Shown here one piece after another: positions 1 through 13,860 of a DNA stretch of 64,000 bases; the stretch's first letter is position 1; every line of letters starts with the position of its first letter. Made by a program: the position numbers and the translations under genes. The notes under the pieces were generated by a model. That model had not been told where the DNA came from, made no database searches, and was given only the letters and a program-made list of their open reading frames with translations. The stretch is from Trichoplax sp. H2 (Eukaryota). The stretch covers positions 992,001-1,056,000 of the forward strand of contig NOWV01000003.1 of assembly GCA_003344405.1 (NCBI GenBank), in the 5' to 3' direction.

Positions 1-813
1 AACCATGAAATGTGCGTATGTTGTCAAGTTACTAACAGACCTGGTTAGAGCTTGCAGTATTGTACTGCGCTTAGTGTTCATTATAGTAGTTATACACTTG
101 ATAGCACTATTCTTGGTAAACAACGACTGACTGGCGAGTTACTATAGCGACTGTACCGTATGCCGACTTCACATTCCCTCCCCTTTACAATCCAGTGTAC
201 AGTACGTACTGTACCGTACTTGCATTTGTTGTACTGTACAGTACTGTAGTGCACTACCAGTTTGACGATACTGTACAATGGCCGCCATGATACAGGATAA
301 TACGCAGTGTAGTGTGCTATACAGTACTGTACGCTGCACAAATTTAACCAACGCGTGTTAATTACAGTATTGTACAGTATAGTGTAAATGGATAATTAAA
401 TCTTATGGGCCTTTACAGTACTTTAAAAATATGACAGTAGGTTTCGTACTGTACAAGTACTGTAACTGTATGTTAATACAGTACTGTACATGAGCTACGG
501 ACAGTCAGTCCTAGCTACGGTACTTATCAAAAAGTTGAAAACGGATATACTGGACTGTAGTGTATTTTGCAGAAGTAATTTGAAATGAACATTGTACTTT
601 TTCACAAATTAGTGGAGATAATTAGAAATGCAGCAATGCTGTACGTCTGTACCGTAGTAGTTCTCCTTTCGTAATTCCTATACGCTTCCTGGTGATTAAA
701 TTGTAATTGGAAAGCAGTATACAGAAATAATACTCTTGGAAAATGATGCAGATCTTATGATTTTCATATTTTGTTTCTTATGTTAATAATACGTGTATTT
801 ACGTATTTCATAG

Positions 814-3438
814 AAATGGTTGAGGCTATGAAGAAAGTAGCCACTTTGGACAATGGATTAAACACAGAAGAGAGAAATCTTTTATCTGTGGCTTATAAAA
901 ATGTTATTGGTGCTCGCCGCGCATCTTGGCGTATCATCTCTAGTTTAGAACAAAAGGAGGAAAATAAAGGCAAAACAGAAAAGTATTATTTGATTGTCGA
1001 TTATCGTAAACAAGTGGAAAAAGAATTAAAAGAGATCTGTAATGATGTACTCGATCTGTTGAACGGCCATTTGGTATTGTGTGCGTCGGATGGCGAATCT
1101 AAAGTATTTTATTATAAAATGTAAGTTATGCTGATTAGTAGCAGCCACTAGTGTCATTCTAACCAATAATGGTTTATACGAAGCTATGCAATCTTAAGAT
1201 GTGGGACTGAGGTTTTTGTAATTACACTATTATTGTAATTGATCTTGAACCTTGTGCTTAAATGTTTGAAACGAAAGTTACAGGTGTGGGATAGAGTATT
1301 TTTCGTCGTCAGTTCTACTATACGTATATGCATAATAAAAGTAAAAGACAAACTCTTTTATTGCCTATATGGTTAACGTTTTGAGCAATGCTATTTTTAC
1401 AACGCATCATGTAATATACGGTACACTAGAGACCCTAAATCTTAAATCCTTTTAGGGTCTTTACAGTGCACGGTACATCGCCGTACATCATTCGATGCTC
1501 AATCTACTGTAGTAATAATCAATATATATCATATCATTGATATATTGATATTGATTGTTATGCCTCTTCGGAACAGTTGTGACCCATCCTGTAGAAGAGA
1601 TGTACAGTAGTAAGCGATTGAAGACTGCGAATCGATACCCACATTAAAGGAAGATCAATATGTTAATAATTTAACGAACTTGACCTTGCCCATGATTGAG
1701 ACACTGATCAGAGGACTAGAGGAATAACAAGATGTACTGTAGAATAATAAATAAGAAAAATATTTGGCTTATTCTTGTAATCTTGTTATTGCTCTGCTGA
1801 ACTGTACGAGTTTCAGACATTACCAACAGAACATCTTATCGATTACTATACCTCGTATTTATGACTTACCGATTCTAAGAGCGTAGCAATTCAGACGGCT
1901 TAAACTTCTTAAATACCAGAAAGTCATAGCACCGGAGCTATCGGATACCAGATTTTTAGTACTATATCAGTTTATCAATATTTCCAACTGCTTACTACTT
2001 GCTTTCAGTTTGTGGACTTATTCGTTTCGCGGGTATACTACACTTGTATAAATTAGTACTGTAGTATGTTTTACGATATGTTTGTATTGTTATCTGCTCA
2101 TATCCAAATTGACCTCTATTTTAGCGTTATTGTTATTAGAATTAAATATTCATCAAACTGATGAGTTATAAGTTAGCTCAATGGCCTTATTGAGACGTTG
2201 TGACTTAACAGCTAAGTAGCTCTAATGTGATACCTACTATTAATTGCGATGAGGTAGACAGAACTAATATTGTGAAATATTTTGATAACTTTTGTTTAAG
2301 ACGACAACTTTAGCTATCCTTTGTTTTAGCGTTATTTTATAATGCAGCCTGGATTACTACTCTAATACTATGAAATGCTTGTGTTTACACATATGACCTG
2401 AAATGTTGATTGGAATACATATTACAATCAAATCTTGTAATTGCAGCTAGCGAAAATAGACGAACTCACTACTTAGCAGTTATCTATGACTAATCCAATT
2501 TGAATATATAACGTATAAATACTGCACGTAAATTTATACCTGTCAGCGATCCGGCGACTTATTAGCCGGTCTAGGACTAGACCATGTAGACCGTCACTAT
2601 TATATAAAAATTAGATCAATCTTTGATAACAGTGTATCAAGAAGGTTTACTATGTATTAGTGCAAGAGTAGCTTTCGTAGTAGGATGTCTACTAATGCGG
2701 CATTGTTACCTTGTACTGTAACACGTATTTCCTTTCTCTTGAAGCTCAGATAAAATACGTTTTTTTTTAAATGATCGTATGAATAAAAAAAATGTTCTTG
2801 AAAGTAGCTGAGATCGATTTCTATTTCAACAGGAAAGGCGATTACCATCGTTATTTGGCCGAATTTGCTGCCGGCAACGATCGTAAAGCAGCATCAGAGG
2901 ATTCATTAGTTGCTTACAAAGCTGCTACGGACATTGCTCGTGTTGAATTGAAGCCAACTAATCCTATCCGCTTAGGTCTAGCCTTAAACTTTTCTGTTTT
3001 CTACTACGAAATCCTTTCTTCGCCTGAACGTGCCTGCAACTTGGCTAAGAAAGCTTTTGATGAAGCTATTGCCGAATTGGACTCACTTGCTGAAGATTCT
3101 TACAAAGATAGTACATTAATCATGCAACTGCTCAGAGATAATTTGACATTATGGACGTCTGATCTAAATAGTGAGGATGGTAAGCTTTTGCTATCATTTT
3201 ACCATCTGTACTTCGTAATATTAATGTACTACATTTTTAAAGTAAATTATATGAAATAACTAATAACTTAATGTTAGTGATAATACAGTACTGTAATTTA
3301 AGTTTAACATTTATTATATCATAGTTTACTTTATTATTTTAAATTTATTCGAAAAAGTACTTAAAATTTTCATTTTATTTCACAGGGAAAGGTGAGTCCC
3401 AGTTACAGGAAATAGATCCAGAGGAGGAACAGTCGTAG
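814..3438 (+). CDS. YWHAE: 14-3-3 protein, epsilon-like; first exon apparently upstream of the window
   Basis: Exons 814-1120, 2833-3179, 3386-3438 joined by GT-AG introns in frame. Contain [76 protein letters not shown], and an acidic tail [17 protein letters not shown]. Epsilon assignment from [10 protein letters not shown] and exon layout. Confidence 0.95.
1418..1477. mobile_element. Miniature inverted-repeat element (MITE remnant-like) in 14-3-3 intron
   Basis: Perfect inverted arms agaccctaaa (1430-1439) and tttagggtct (1451-1460); flanking 8-bp direct repeat acggtaca (1418-1425, 1470-1477); related arms elsewhere in the window. Confidence 0.45.
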
Positions 3439-6400
3439 TTCTATGAAAACAGAAGTTTAAAAATGCCAACTAAGAAATACAGTATATTAAATAGAAGCGA
3501 TTTTGACATATGGTAGATTTACTGTATTAGCTGCTACGGTAATAATTTTTAAATTCTACCAACTGTGACCACCTACCTAATTTAATTATGTTAGTTTATG
3601 GATTTTAAGCAGAAGTTTCAAGGTTATACTGTTTAGAAGCCTTAATCACGCTGTTGTGTACTAGGTCTGTATTTTATTTGGTAAGTTAGCCATGGAAGCA
3701 GAGTTGTGATTTTTTATTGTTGTTAATAATAACGCACCTCATTTCTTCCTGTAACATTGAATCTACATTTCTTAATATGCTAAAATCTTGTCCATCGCTA
3801 TTGTCGTTATCGTTAGTCATCAGAGGCATTTAAGTTAACGGTAACATTCACCAATTGTGTCATTTGTATAAAAAACACTCTGCATTAGTTGGCAGTTATT
3901 ACAACGAAATTCGGTAATTCTAATCAAAAGTACTACAGTACTTGCTATTAATCCTGTGGCTATGGAAACCTTTTTATCAATACAATTAGTATCAACTATC
4001 CATTGAGAACCTGTTTATGTTGATTTACTTTTTCTTTTACTTCAACATTGGTGTTGCCCATATTAAGACTGAAGGAAGATGTGATAACAACGCATGTTTT
4101 CTGTGTCCAGGTATGCATACAGTATACCATGTCTCGATTAAACATGTGAAGTTTTGACCACCGTTACCTTTAATAATTTAAGATAACCCACATATACTCG
4201 TTTGTAAGTAATTATTACGTTTACTTGTACTGCCGTTTATTAGTTGTCCGTATTCTTCAAAATAAATTACAAAATCTGTGCGTGTTATCTAGAATAGTCT
4301 TTGATTATGTAGCGACGATATGTGCTGCTTCTAGAGTTGCAGCAACTATTTATTAATGAGCTACGAAAACGATTTATAGTTAATAATATGGAATGGGTAT
4401 ACGTACGTTGACTACATAGTTGATACCGAAATCCGAATTACTGTATTTTTAAGGTATAAATAGAATGTAAAGATGCTAATAGTATTATTGAAGCTACTAT
4501 AGGAGATCGATAATTATTTAATGTATTCATGCTTCAGTTGCAGTTTATTTATGTGTTTTTCATGAAATAATTTGGGTCAATAGCTAATTCCTGTAGTTGA
4601 CATCACATTATTACGGAGTTCTTTAGTCTTGTTCGACACTTGTGTTATGATCATCGTTACTTTAATTTTCTCCTTATCTGTCTCCTTACATATATAAATA
4701 ATGAAGTCTGTCAGTTTGTCTGCGATAGAAACGAAGTTTAAGCAATGTACAATTGTGCATGTACATAGTGCTAAGTACGTTTAGCTGAGTAACTTTTCGC
4801 CGGAAAGCTAATGCTGTAGTATAAATCTGAGAAAATGCCGTTTTTAGCACTGAATTCAATAAAACATTTTGTGTTATGTCGTATACTAACGCCATCATGA
4901 ATTGTACCATGGCTTGCACATACTCGATAAGTCCGTACCATCTATTAATAATATTTTTCACTTTAAAATATGATGAAATTCTGTTTATGCCGAAGATCCA
5001 GACTGCCAAGAGCACAAATAAGTTTATGCTACCGTTTATGTCCTTATACTATTTGTACAAGCAATTCGTATAAATACTCCGTAAAATAGACCCAATGAAT
5101 GAAGCAATCGCACACGGAATTAAATAAAAGTTAATATTAAGGCAGAGTACTTTGGTAATTTGAAGAGGAAAGAATATTTTTTGCCTTACTTGCAAAATCA
5201 GTTACAAGTAAATATTATTTTTACACGTGGACGATATCGTAGCTAATTATATTAAAATGCTCACGTTCTGCCAGTAATAATTAATATTATAATTAATTAA
5301 TTATTAATACAGTATTGCACTAATAAGTAAAAAACTATATTACAGTTAGCCTGGAAGATATACCGTATGTGTAAAGGTTAGTATTAGTATCAGTAATAAC
5401 TGATATTCAAAGTTACTAATGATCCGAAACTGTGTCGTAGCCCTAGCCATTAAAGTAACTTATGTAAAACGGCTAGGGCTACTGTATAGTTTCCGTCAAA
5501 CTTAAACCAGGTTGAGTTCGAAGCTATACTTCTTGCTGGGCACCACAACATACAAACAACGGTACTCGAATACGTAAACATATACTATAGTACATTCTAT
5601 GGTTTAAACATAAGACTTAAGATGGCTAATGCCGAAATTCTATAGATTATACATGCTTATGAAAGCAGTTACACAAGACAAAACCACTGTACTTATAGGA
5701 GTATTATACGGCTATATACAGTATGCAACGTAACTGAAACTGTTAATTGTAACCTAGAATCCGTACTGTATAGGTAAATTAGCTGAGTTCAGGAGCGAGT
5801 TAACAGTAAAAAATATGGGACTCTTTGCCGTTGCTGTCAATTCAATCTACTGTTGAAACACTAGGATTAAGTGCTACTGTTAAATATCAGAAAATATTTA
5901 GTACATTATGACTTCAGCAGATAATGTAATTTTTAATAAAAGGCTAAAGACATGTACTATAAAAAATTATATCATGTCTGCCAAGGCTAAATGTGCAGCT
6001 TACCAAAATCTTATCAATCTTCTTAAAAAGGAGGACATTATGATCTAGGTAATCGTTACGTAAGCAATATCACATATCCCGTTGGACAGATAAATCACGG
6101 TATAAATAGCTTACTTTCACGATAAAAGATTGGTATTTGCATATCTTTTACGACAGGCATGCAATCAATAAGGAAACTCGCCGAAGGAAGATTAAAAAAT
6201 GAATATGTTTATTAAGAAAACTTTTAGCATATTATATCTAAGATATTGTCATTAAGCAATACAGTCCTATAGATTACAAAAGATATACTTCCAGTCAATA
6301 GTTTAAAAATCAATTCTGCATTATAATTGCATTTCGTGCTATCAATAGATCACTATTGACAAATACAATTAATAATACGTAGTAGAAAATATGTGTAAAC

Positions 6401-7223
6401 CTCTATTTGAATATATACACTATACAGGCCCTATGTAATTATAATCAATAACAAATTTTTACTAAACGTAATCATTTATAGTAATAGTAAATATACTTCA
6501 TCAATAATAACAAATTCAAGAGCTCCAGCATTTAGTTACTGTAATTCAATACTAGCAAATATCAGATCACAACAAAATCAAAAATATCACAGATATGACC
6601 AATAAATAAATACATTAAATTCTCAGATTTTATATCACATTTTGATAAAGTTATGGCAATAGATGAAACTGGCATTTAAGACCTACAAAGTAAGATAATG
6701 CCCTATTACCACTTCGCTGCAGTTACATCATAAAGTACGCAGTACATTTAAGAGCAAAGGCAGTACCTTTACTTGCCATTTAAATTATACAATTGTCGTT
6801 TATGCAAAATAATTTCGTAGTGGCAACTGTACAAGAAACTTATCATCAATTACAATTATAATTTCGGAAAAAATATTAATTGTGCTTGTATTGATACCAG
6901 AATTTCACTTTAAAACCGTACAGTACTCTACACCACAGGTATTTAAGTTAAAAATCGATTGCCAAACATTTTTCTATTAATAGAGTGTACGAAAACAAAT
7001 TACAAAACAATATCTATGATAGCTCTATATTAATTAAATACTGTATATTAACATAGTTGTAATTTATACATAATTATAAGTACACTAATTTCAGCGGTTT
7101 TATCGATGAAAGTACATATATAGCAAATTGAAGAATTTAAACATCTTATACTAGTTAATTTTAAGGCAAGTTATTTACGATACTTTTCCTCATCCAGTTG
7201 CACCGAACGCTAATATCATTAAA

Positions 7224-10200
7224 TCACTTCCCAATAGCAATATTTTGAAATTGGTGTCGCAGCTTTTCACGTAATTTATCTCTTCTAATACGGATGACTT
7301 TCTTATTTGCTTCATAATCCTCGATATCTTTCTCAGATATTTCAATATTCTCAGATTGACAATCCTGTTACATTATGATAGCATAAAAATGTCGAGTTGT
7401 TGTTTTTCATAAGTGAAAAGTGAAATTTTCTAAAATTGTATGTAAATTAATAGTAATTTAAGGTCAAAAAATTAGAGTTTTCACCTGATGCTGACTTCCC
7501 ACAAATTCTGACCAGCCCATCGAATTTAATAATTCTATTTCTTCATCAGGAATAAACGAATCACCGGGTATTACGACCACCTTCCCGTTAAATATAACAC
7601 ACCAAACGGGGTTAATTTAATAGATTACACTATGTTCGACAATAAATAGCGTTTCAAATATTCATCTACACCTCATGCACCATTCGAGAGTAGGAAATGT
7701 CAGAAATATCTCAAGAATGAATTATCGCTTAAAATGATTAACCTGATTTTTATTAGGTAAATGATCCCCATTTTCGCAGGAGTGACAAGCATAATCGTCG
7801 GTATCCTTACTGTCGTGTGTTGCATCGCTCGAGTTACTACCGACATCAGTATCATCCTGGTAATTGATGTCATGAATTAATCCGAAAAGAAATAAAATCA
7901 AATGTTGTAGGTTTGGGATCACACTCAAACATACACGCTACAATTAATATACAGTACCTGATCTACTTGATCTTCAGTATCCAAACAGTGGCAACTATCA
8001 CTACTTTTCAAATTGGAATCATTATACTCGCTCTCAACGAACGGCAGGGTATTGGCTCGACAATCAATTCCAGCTTTACAAGGTATACCGTCGGTAATTT
8101 CTTTAAGACGAAAATATCCATGCTTAATTAAGACTGAAGCCTTACTAGCGTATCCTAAAAGGAGGAACTTTCATTAATATACCTTTAGTTCTGCGTTTCT
8201 TTCGCTTAAGGCGTTTTTGCTCTCGTTTGGTTTCTTTAGCTTTGTCTGCTTCTGAAAATTCTTGTAATATCTTTTCTAAACGTGTTTCACCTTCTCCTCC
8301 GCGTAATACAATCTACGACGGTAAAATATTATACTTAAGCCCCAGCAGATCATAAAAGTAACGATACTAAATATAGTTGATGCTTTCGTTTATAATTACA
8401 AACCTCGCTTTTCCTCCTTAGTGATTCAATACATAAGTAAAATAACATAATCCACGTTTGTTCTTCAGTACGCAACTTTTGCCATAATCTATGTAATCGC
8501 TCCCACAAGTGAATTCCAATACAGGTTAATATCTAAAATTCGTTAAACAATAATATAAATTTACGGTTTGGTAACAGCATTTGGTGAAAATTACTTCACG
8601 TAGCGCTAGATGATAAACTGTTAACCTCTTCTTGAGCCGCCTCCATCGACTTTGCATGATGCTCCCTACGACTAATAAAGGATACTATGAGTACCCTAAT
8701 CATTGTAGATCAATTAGCGACCTAAACCTACTATCATACATCACAAGTTACCTTCCTGATATCTCGGGCTCAGCTCTATCGATCAGATGGGCAATAAAAT
8801 CTGTATCACAACGCACTTTTATACACCTGCAATGCTCATTGCAGCAACAACCAATGCCATCGTATAGATCTTTCCGATATCTGAGCAATTTTAAAACAGT
8901 ACTTTAATACTTTAAACTGCTAAATGGAATATAATTGTTTACGCACTCTTTTTCCGCAATAATGTCCAATTCTCCTAATAGTATAGCAAATGCACGTATA
9001 ACTTTTGCTCTGCACTCCGAACAAAATCTATACAATAGGTACCAAGATTGTAGTATTAGTTAACTGATAATACATCATCATACTTATGTTTTATAAGATA
9101 ATTCTCTGTTGTCCCTAGTAGTAATTGAGAATCTATTGTGACAATCTATGTAAAAATAGCAATAAATGGTATATCATCATACTTATGTTTTCTAAGATAA
9201 TTCTCTGTTGTCCCTAGTAGTAATTGAGAATCTATTGTGACAATCTATGTAAAAATAGCAATAAATGGTATATTAGTGGTTGAAAAAATTAGTTATATTA
9301 GTGAGATGAAATGTCTAACTTCTTCTCTACACTCCTGTGAAAGCGAAATCCAAACATCAATCCAAATCCCAGACGAACGATATTTATGGCTATCTAGAGA
9401 ATGTAAAGGACATCGCCTAAGAAAAGGTAATAAGAACAATTAGTATCAAAATAATTTTGTAAAAGCGGCAAATGCCAGCAAGTTATAAAATACTTGTTGC
9501 GCCTATTCTTTGGGATAGTATCCAATATATCTTTCAGTTGTATACTAATAACAAATAGCAGTTAGTTAGTTATCGATGTAATTGCGGCTTTACTAATATA
9601 AACATTCTATTCAAGTGAAATATATAGCTATTGCTCTGTACAGTAGCATAGTAATGCTATTTTAAGATATATTACCTTTCCTTATATAATAAATCATATA
9701 TAAGGCAAGGATCTTTCAGGAATCCTCTATCTAATGCAATGTCTAATCAATAATAACATAACCATTAGAATATACATTTAATGTTGACTTTAATTTACAC
9801 AGAAGGTTGGCGTATTTATAATTACGGCCAATAATAAAATTTAAGATAGCAACACATGTAGTTGTTAAAATAATAACAAGAGGTTATGTTTAATGACAGG
9901 TATTCTTATAAACGTAAATCAAATAATTTTATCACCATTTTGTAATAACAGTATTGGTTTCAATGCTAAATCGTTATAAGTCTGCATGTTGCATAGTAAG
10001 CCTTCGACACTACAATGAAATTTTACATTAAATTAGTATAATAATAGTAAAGTTTGGATCTACAATATATAAAAAATGGTATTTAAAGCATCTCTTTTTT
10101 AAGACAGTTTAGCTCATGAAGTAATTACCTCTTTCGACAGCCGACGCAAGGAATCACTTGAGACATTAGCGAAATCACTTCTTTAGCAGAAACCGAAAAG

Positions 10201-11161
10201 GTATTCGATACTTCCTCAAGATTTAAATCTTTCATAGACTATACACGACGAGGTTTTATACAGAAACCGTTAATAATAGCATAGCTTAGTTAAGTATAAA
10301 ATAATTCAAATACAAATTAAAATCTTATTAATTTTACTATTTTAATATTCAGATGACTCAAATTTAATTAATTAAAAATGTTTGGTCTACAAGATGAAAT
10401 TTCATGGTAATTTACTATCAATAGGCATAGCTGTTAAGTTGACAAGCAAGTGGTTCCTGGTTGTGGCGTGGCGAAGCTGATGGAGTACTACAATAGTTGC
10501 TCAAGCTATGCCTACCATCGAGTTAATCATAAATTGTACCGTACTGACTAACGTCATTCTTGAAAACGTTCAACTTTTTTACGCATTCTAAAATCATCTG
10601 TTAATACTAGTCTAACATTATGATTGTTAATCCATAAACAATGTTTAAAGTAATTAATAGTAGGATACTATCGCGTTTGCCTTTAATATATCGTGAAACA
10701 AAACGTCAATAGCGCAATGGGCCTTGTAATAAATTGTAATGTCAAAAGGTCACTATCCATTAACTAATTAACAACATTTCCGTCAATATTCATTGCAGTA
10801 ATACAGATCTTTAGTTATCTATGTCCGAATTACCATAGACCATCTACTTACTTGCATAAATTCTTGCAATGTGATATGGTAGCTATTATGCTGATTATTA
10901 ACTTTAGGCAAGAGCTCAGTTATTTCCATAATAACCTAAGTTTATGAACGGAAGGATTACCACATAATCATACCAAATTTAAAAGTATAATCGCATCAAA
11001 AATTTATCATTATATTTTTCATAATATAGAAATTAATGTTTAAGTATGTATTTCTAAACAACCAAAATTTAACTTACGTATCGATTACTTTCTAACATGA
11101 TAGGTATCTGTCTACTATCCAAATGATCGATATAATCCAAACTGCCAACGTATACGCGCAT
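7224..11161 (-). CDS. GGNBP2: Gametogenetin-binding protein 2 (ZNF403) homologue; start codon uncertain
   Basis: Short minus-strand exons translate to SRQIPIML, QVIPCVGCRKS, RCPLHSLDSHK..WIDVW..SQECREE|IVTIDS..YLRKH|KFCSECRAKVIRAFAILLGELD, CDTDFIAHLIDRAEPE, RHAKSMEAAQEEV, IGIHLWERLHRLWQKLRTEEQTW and terminal RRDKLREKLRHQFQNIAIGK* (TGA 7226-7224). These match GGNBP2 blocks as I recall them. ATG 11161 chosen by homology. Confidence 0.88.
9074..9272. repeat. Tandem 99-bp duplication containing a GGNBP2 exon
   Basis: Units start at 9074 and 9173; identical except ttataag versus ttctaag. Confidence 0.95.
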
Positions 11162-11924
11162 AACTTTTGATGTAATATTCTTCTTTAATATCTCTTTCAC
11201 CACTGTAATTCCTAATAGTTTGATTCATTATTATTAAGTCAATACTACATTTAGGCGAAGAATATTCCTATCAGACCCTGACTAAGTTGCACATCTTCAA
11301 ATAAACTACGATATATAAAAAAAACTGTGCAAATGTTGTAGATTCATAGTTATTATTTACAGTATCCATCTTGGTGGATTCTGATCTCGTTTAGATGGAA
11401 GTTATGATATGCTGGTGCTGTAACGTTTGATTTGCGGCTAATTAATATAAATTATGATATTTCAATTATAGAACAAAAAATGATTATTGGATAGCTTCTC
11501 CATGGTCGATTATGTTCAGATTTTTGGTAAAATATATTATTAGGGAACCAGCCATCTTATAAGGTATACTACCGTATATTTACAGTATTGCAAACTACTA
11601 GCATGATAACGGCGATATGCGCAATGAGCGTAGGGGACACGATGATATTTTACTGTAATGCGACTTGCAACACGAGTACACTTGTGCTGCATGACATATC
11701 TAGAAATGTTGCTGAAACGTCTACAGTACGAGTCTATCTTCAATGCATTTGTAGAAACATATCTGCCCATTCTTAGCAAAATCAATCAAGATTTTGGGTG
11801 TAAGATCTTAGTTCATTTGATTCAAACTAGGCCTATTTGCTTGGACCAAGTCTAATGAAGGTATCGATAGAGCCATTCCAGCGGCCTATTTGGCTATATC
11901 ACAGGGAATTGGTTGGGTCCACAA

Positions 11925-13715
11925 CATTCTGTACAGTACACTGTACAGTAGGGGCATTATACAATGGTTGGAATACTGTACAGTGTACAGTATACAATAC
12001 TAGACGTATTTAATTAAAGGATGAAGGCGGTACTTATTTATTTAAACATCTACATGAACATCATAATATTGAGAAATGGGTGATACCTTTGGATACTATC
12101 TTTTGCTTCACATTTCATGAAAGCATAAATGCGTTTCTTTTACCCTTACCTTACATATTATGTATAATGGCAACGAACTCAATAATATGCGTCAATTTTC
12201 AAGTTGTGTAGCTGTACTCTGCTGTAGTACTACAATCAGTATCGTGAAATTTGGCCTCTTGAATATTATTATGAATCAATTGCAATAATCTAATCATGCG
12301 CGTCTTACGATGATGAGCTCGCATAAGTTGAAGTTGTCCATAAATATCCTATTATTAAACTAGAATGTTAACAAATTGACCAGATACCTAATAAAATTAT
12401 TCCTAGCACAACCTCATTCCCTACGGAAACGAACATATTTCGTTCGCATTTGCGATACATTACAGTCTACAGTACAGTACAGTAGACCCATTCCACTTGG
12501 GCAGTATAGCGTCCAGTATAATGTATAATTACCTATACTGTACTCTATACTACGCCACACTGTTACAGTCTTTATTGTAGTAATATGGCATGGAGAAAGG
12601 TCACTTTTTTGGGGGGGGGGGCACATAGATTGACATGATGTCGAATAGTGGCGTATTAGTATCTCTAATCAAACTATCCTAAAATGAATACTTAGCAGAA
12701 CTATTGCCAGCAAGTATATTTACTTCAATTGTCATCGCATAGCCTACCTTTACTAGCCAAAGAGTTATTATTTGCCGCCATTTTCGGACTTTTTAAGTCT
12801 GTGCTGTCGTGTAAACTTGTACAGTACTGTACTGTGCCAATGTGGTAGAAGCCGGTTAGGTACAAGACAGTACAGTATAATGTCGCTGTGTGTTTTTATA
12901 CACGTACTGTACAGTACAGTGCGTGACAATGTGCAGTGCTGTCATCTGACAATCAGGTCTATCTGATAGTGATCGCCTACCTAAATCTTACCGGTAAGAT
13001 TTGTCCAGGATACTTTACACTGTAGTCTGGCTGTCGCGTACAGTACATTGAACTACCCTCCATGAAATGCTCGTTGGCTCAAATTGCTCTACAGTACAGT
13101 ATACTGTACTGTACAAGTTCTTACAACATGTACTGTACATTGTACAGTACAGTACTCCATGATCGCTTACAAATATACTGTCAAACACTAACAAACTTGC
13201 TCCAGTTAAAGATACTGTACAGTATAGTGTACTGTACTGTACTTCAGCAATAAAAGAAGATCTGGACGAATCACCCTTGGATGGACAGACATTTTCGGCC
13301 TCTTCTCGTCAAAATATTGTATTGTGTCAAACACTTCGTTATAACGCTACTTTAGTATGCAGATAATCGATTTTGAATTGACTGATTTTTTCTAAATTAA
13401 GTAACATTACGCTAAATCTTATTATCTATTACTCCATTCCGCTTGGAGGTAGTTATGTAAGATCATCAATGTTATTAGAATTAGTACCAGTGACTTAGAA
13501 AACAGGCGCGGAAGATCCATACTAAGTAGCCATTTTGCGATATTTGTGGCTTCATTGAGTAAGAAACGTCCGTTTGTCTGTCTGAGAGAGTGATCAGTGC
13601 AGGTCTTCTTTTAGCAGTCCATGATAGCACTATACAGTACAGTACTACACTGTACTGTACAGTACAGTACAGAGCAATGACACTGGACCGGTACTGTACA
13701 CGGAGTATACCGTAC
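11925..13715. repeat. Clusters of TACTG/TACAG pentamers in the GGNBP2/FTSJ3 divergent promoter
   Basis: Clusters near 11930-12000, 12460-12545, 12820-12920, 13090-13245 and 13630-13715. Confidence 0.85.
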
Positions 13716-13860
13716 CCTGCCAGTAGTTGGAAATTACGTAAGCAAGTCGTTTCATCCGTCTGCCATGTGACCTCTACACTGCCGACTGAATCCATAGTCA
13801 ACTCGCTCAAGTAGTAGTAAGTTATTATTTCGAGCTATTCGACGCCAGTAAACGTTGCAA

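Noticed and set aside
4686..6050. ORFs at 4686-5015, 4876-5073 and a 46-codon ORF near 5908-6048
   Set aside because: No recognisable motifs, intron-like composition and no consistent exon chain.
12605..12621. T6-G11 homopolymer in the GGNBP2/FTSJ3 promoter
   Set aside because: A single G run without further G tracts; insufficient support for a G-quadruplex or other function.
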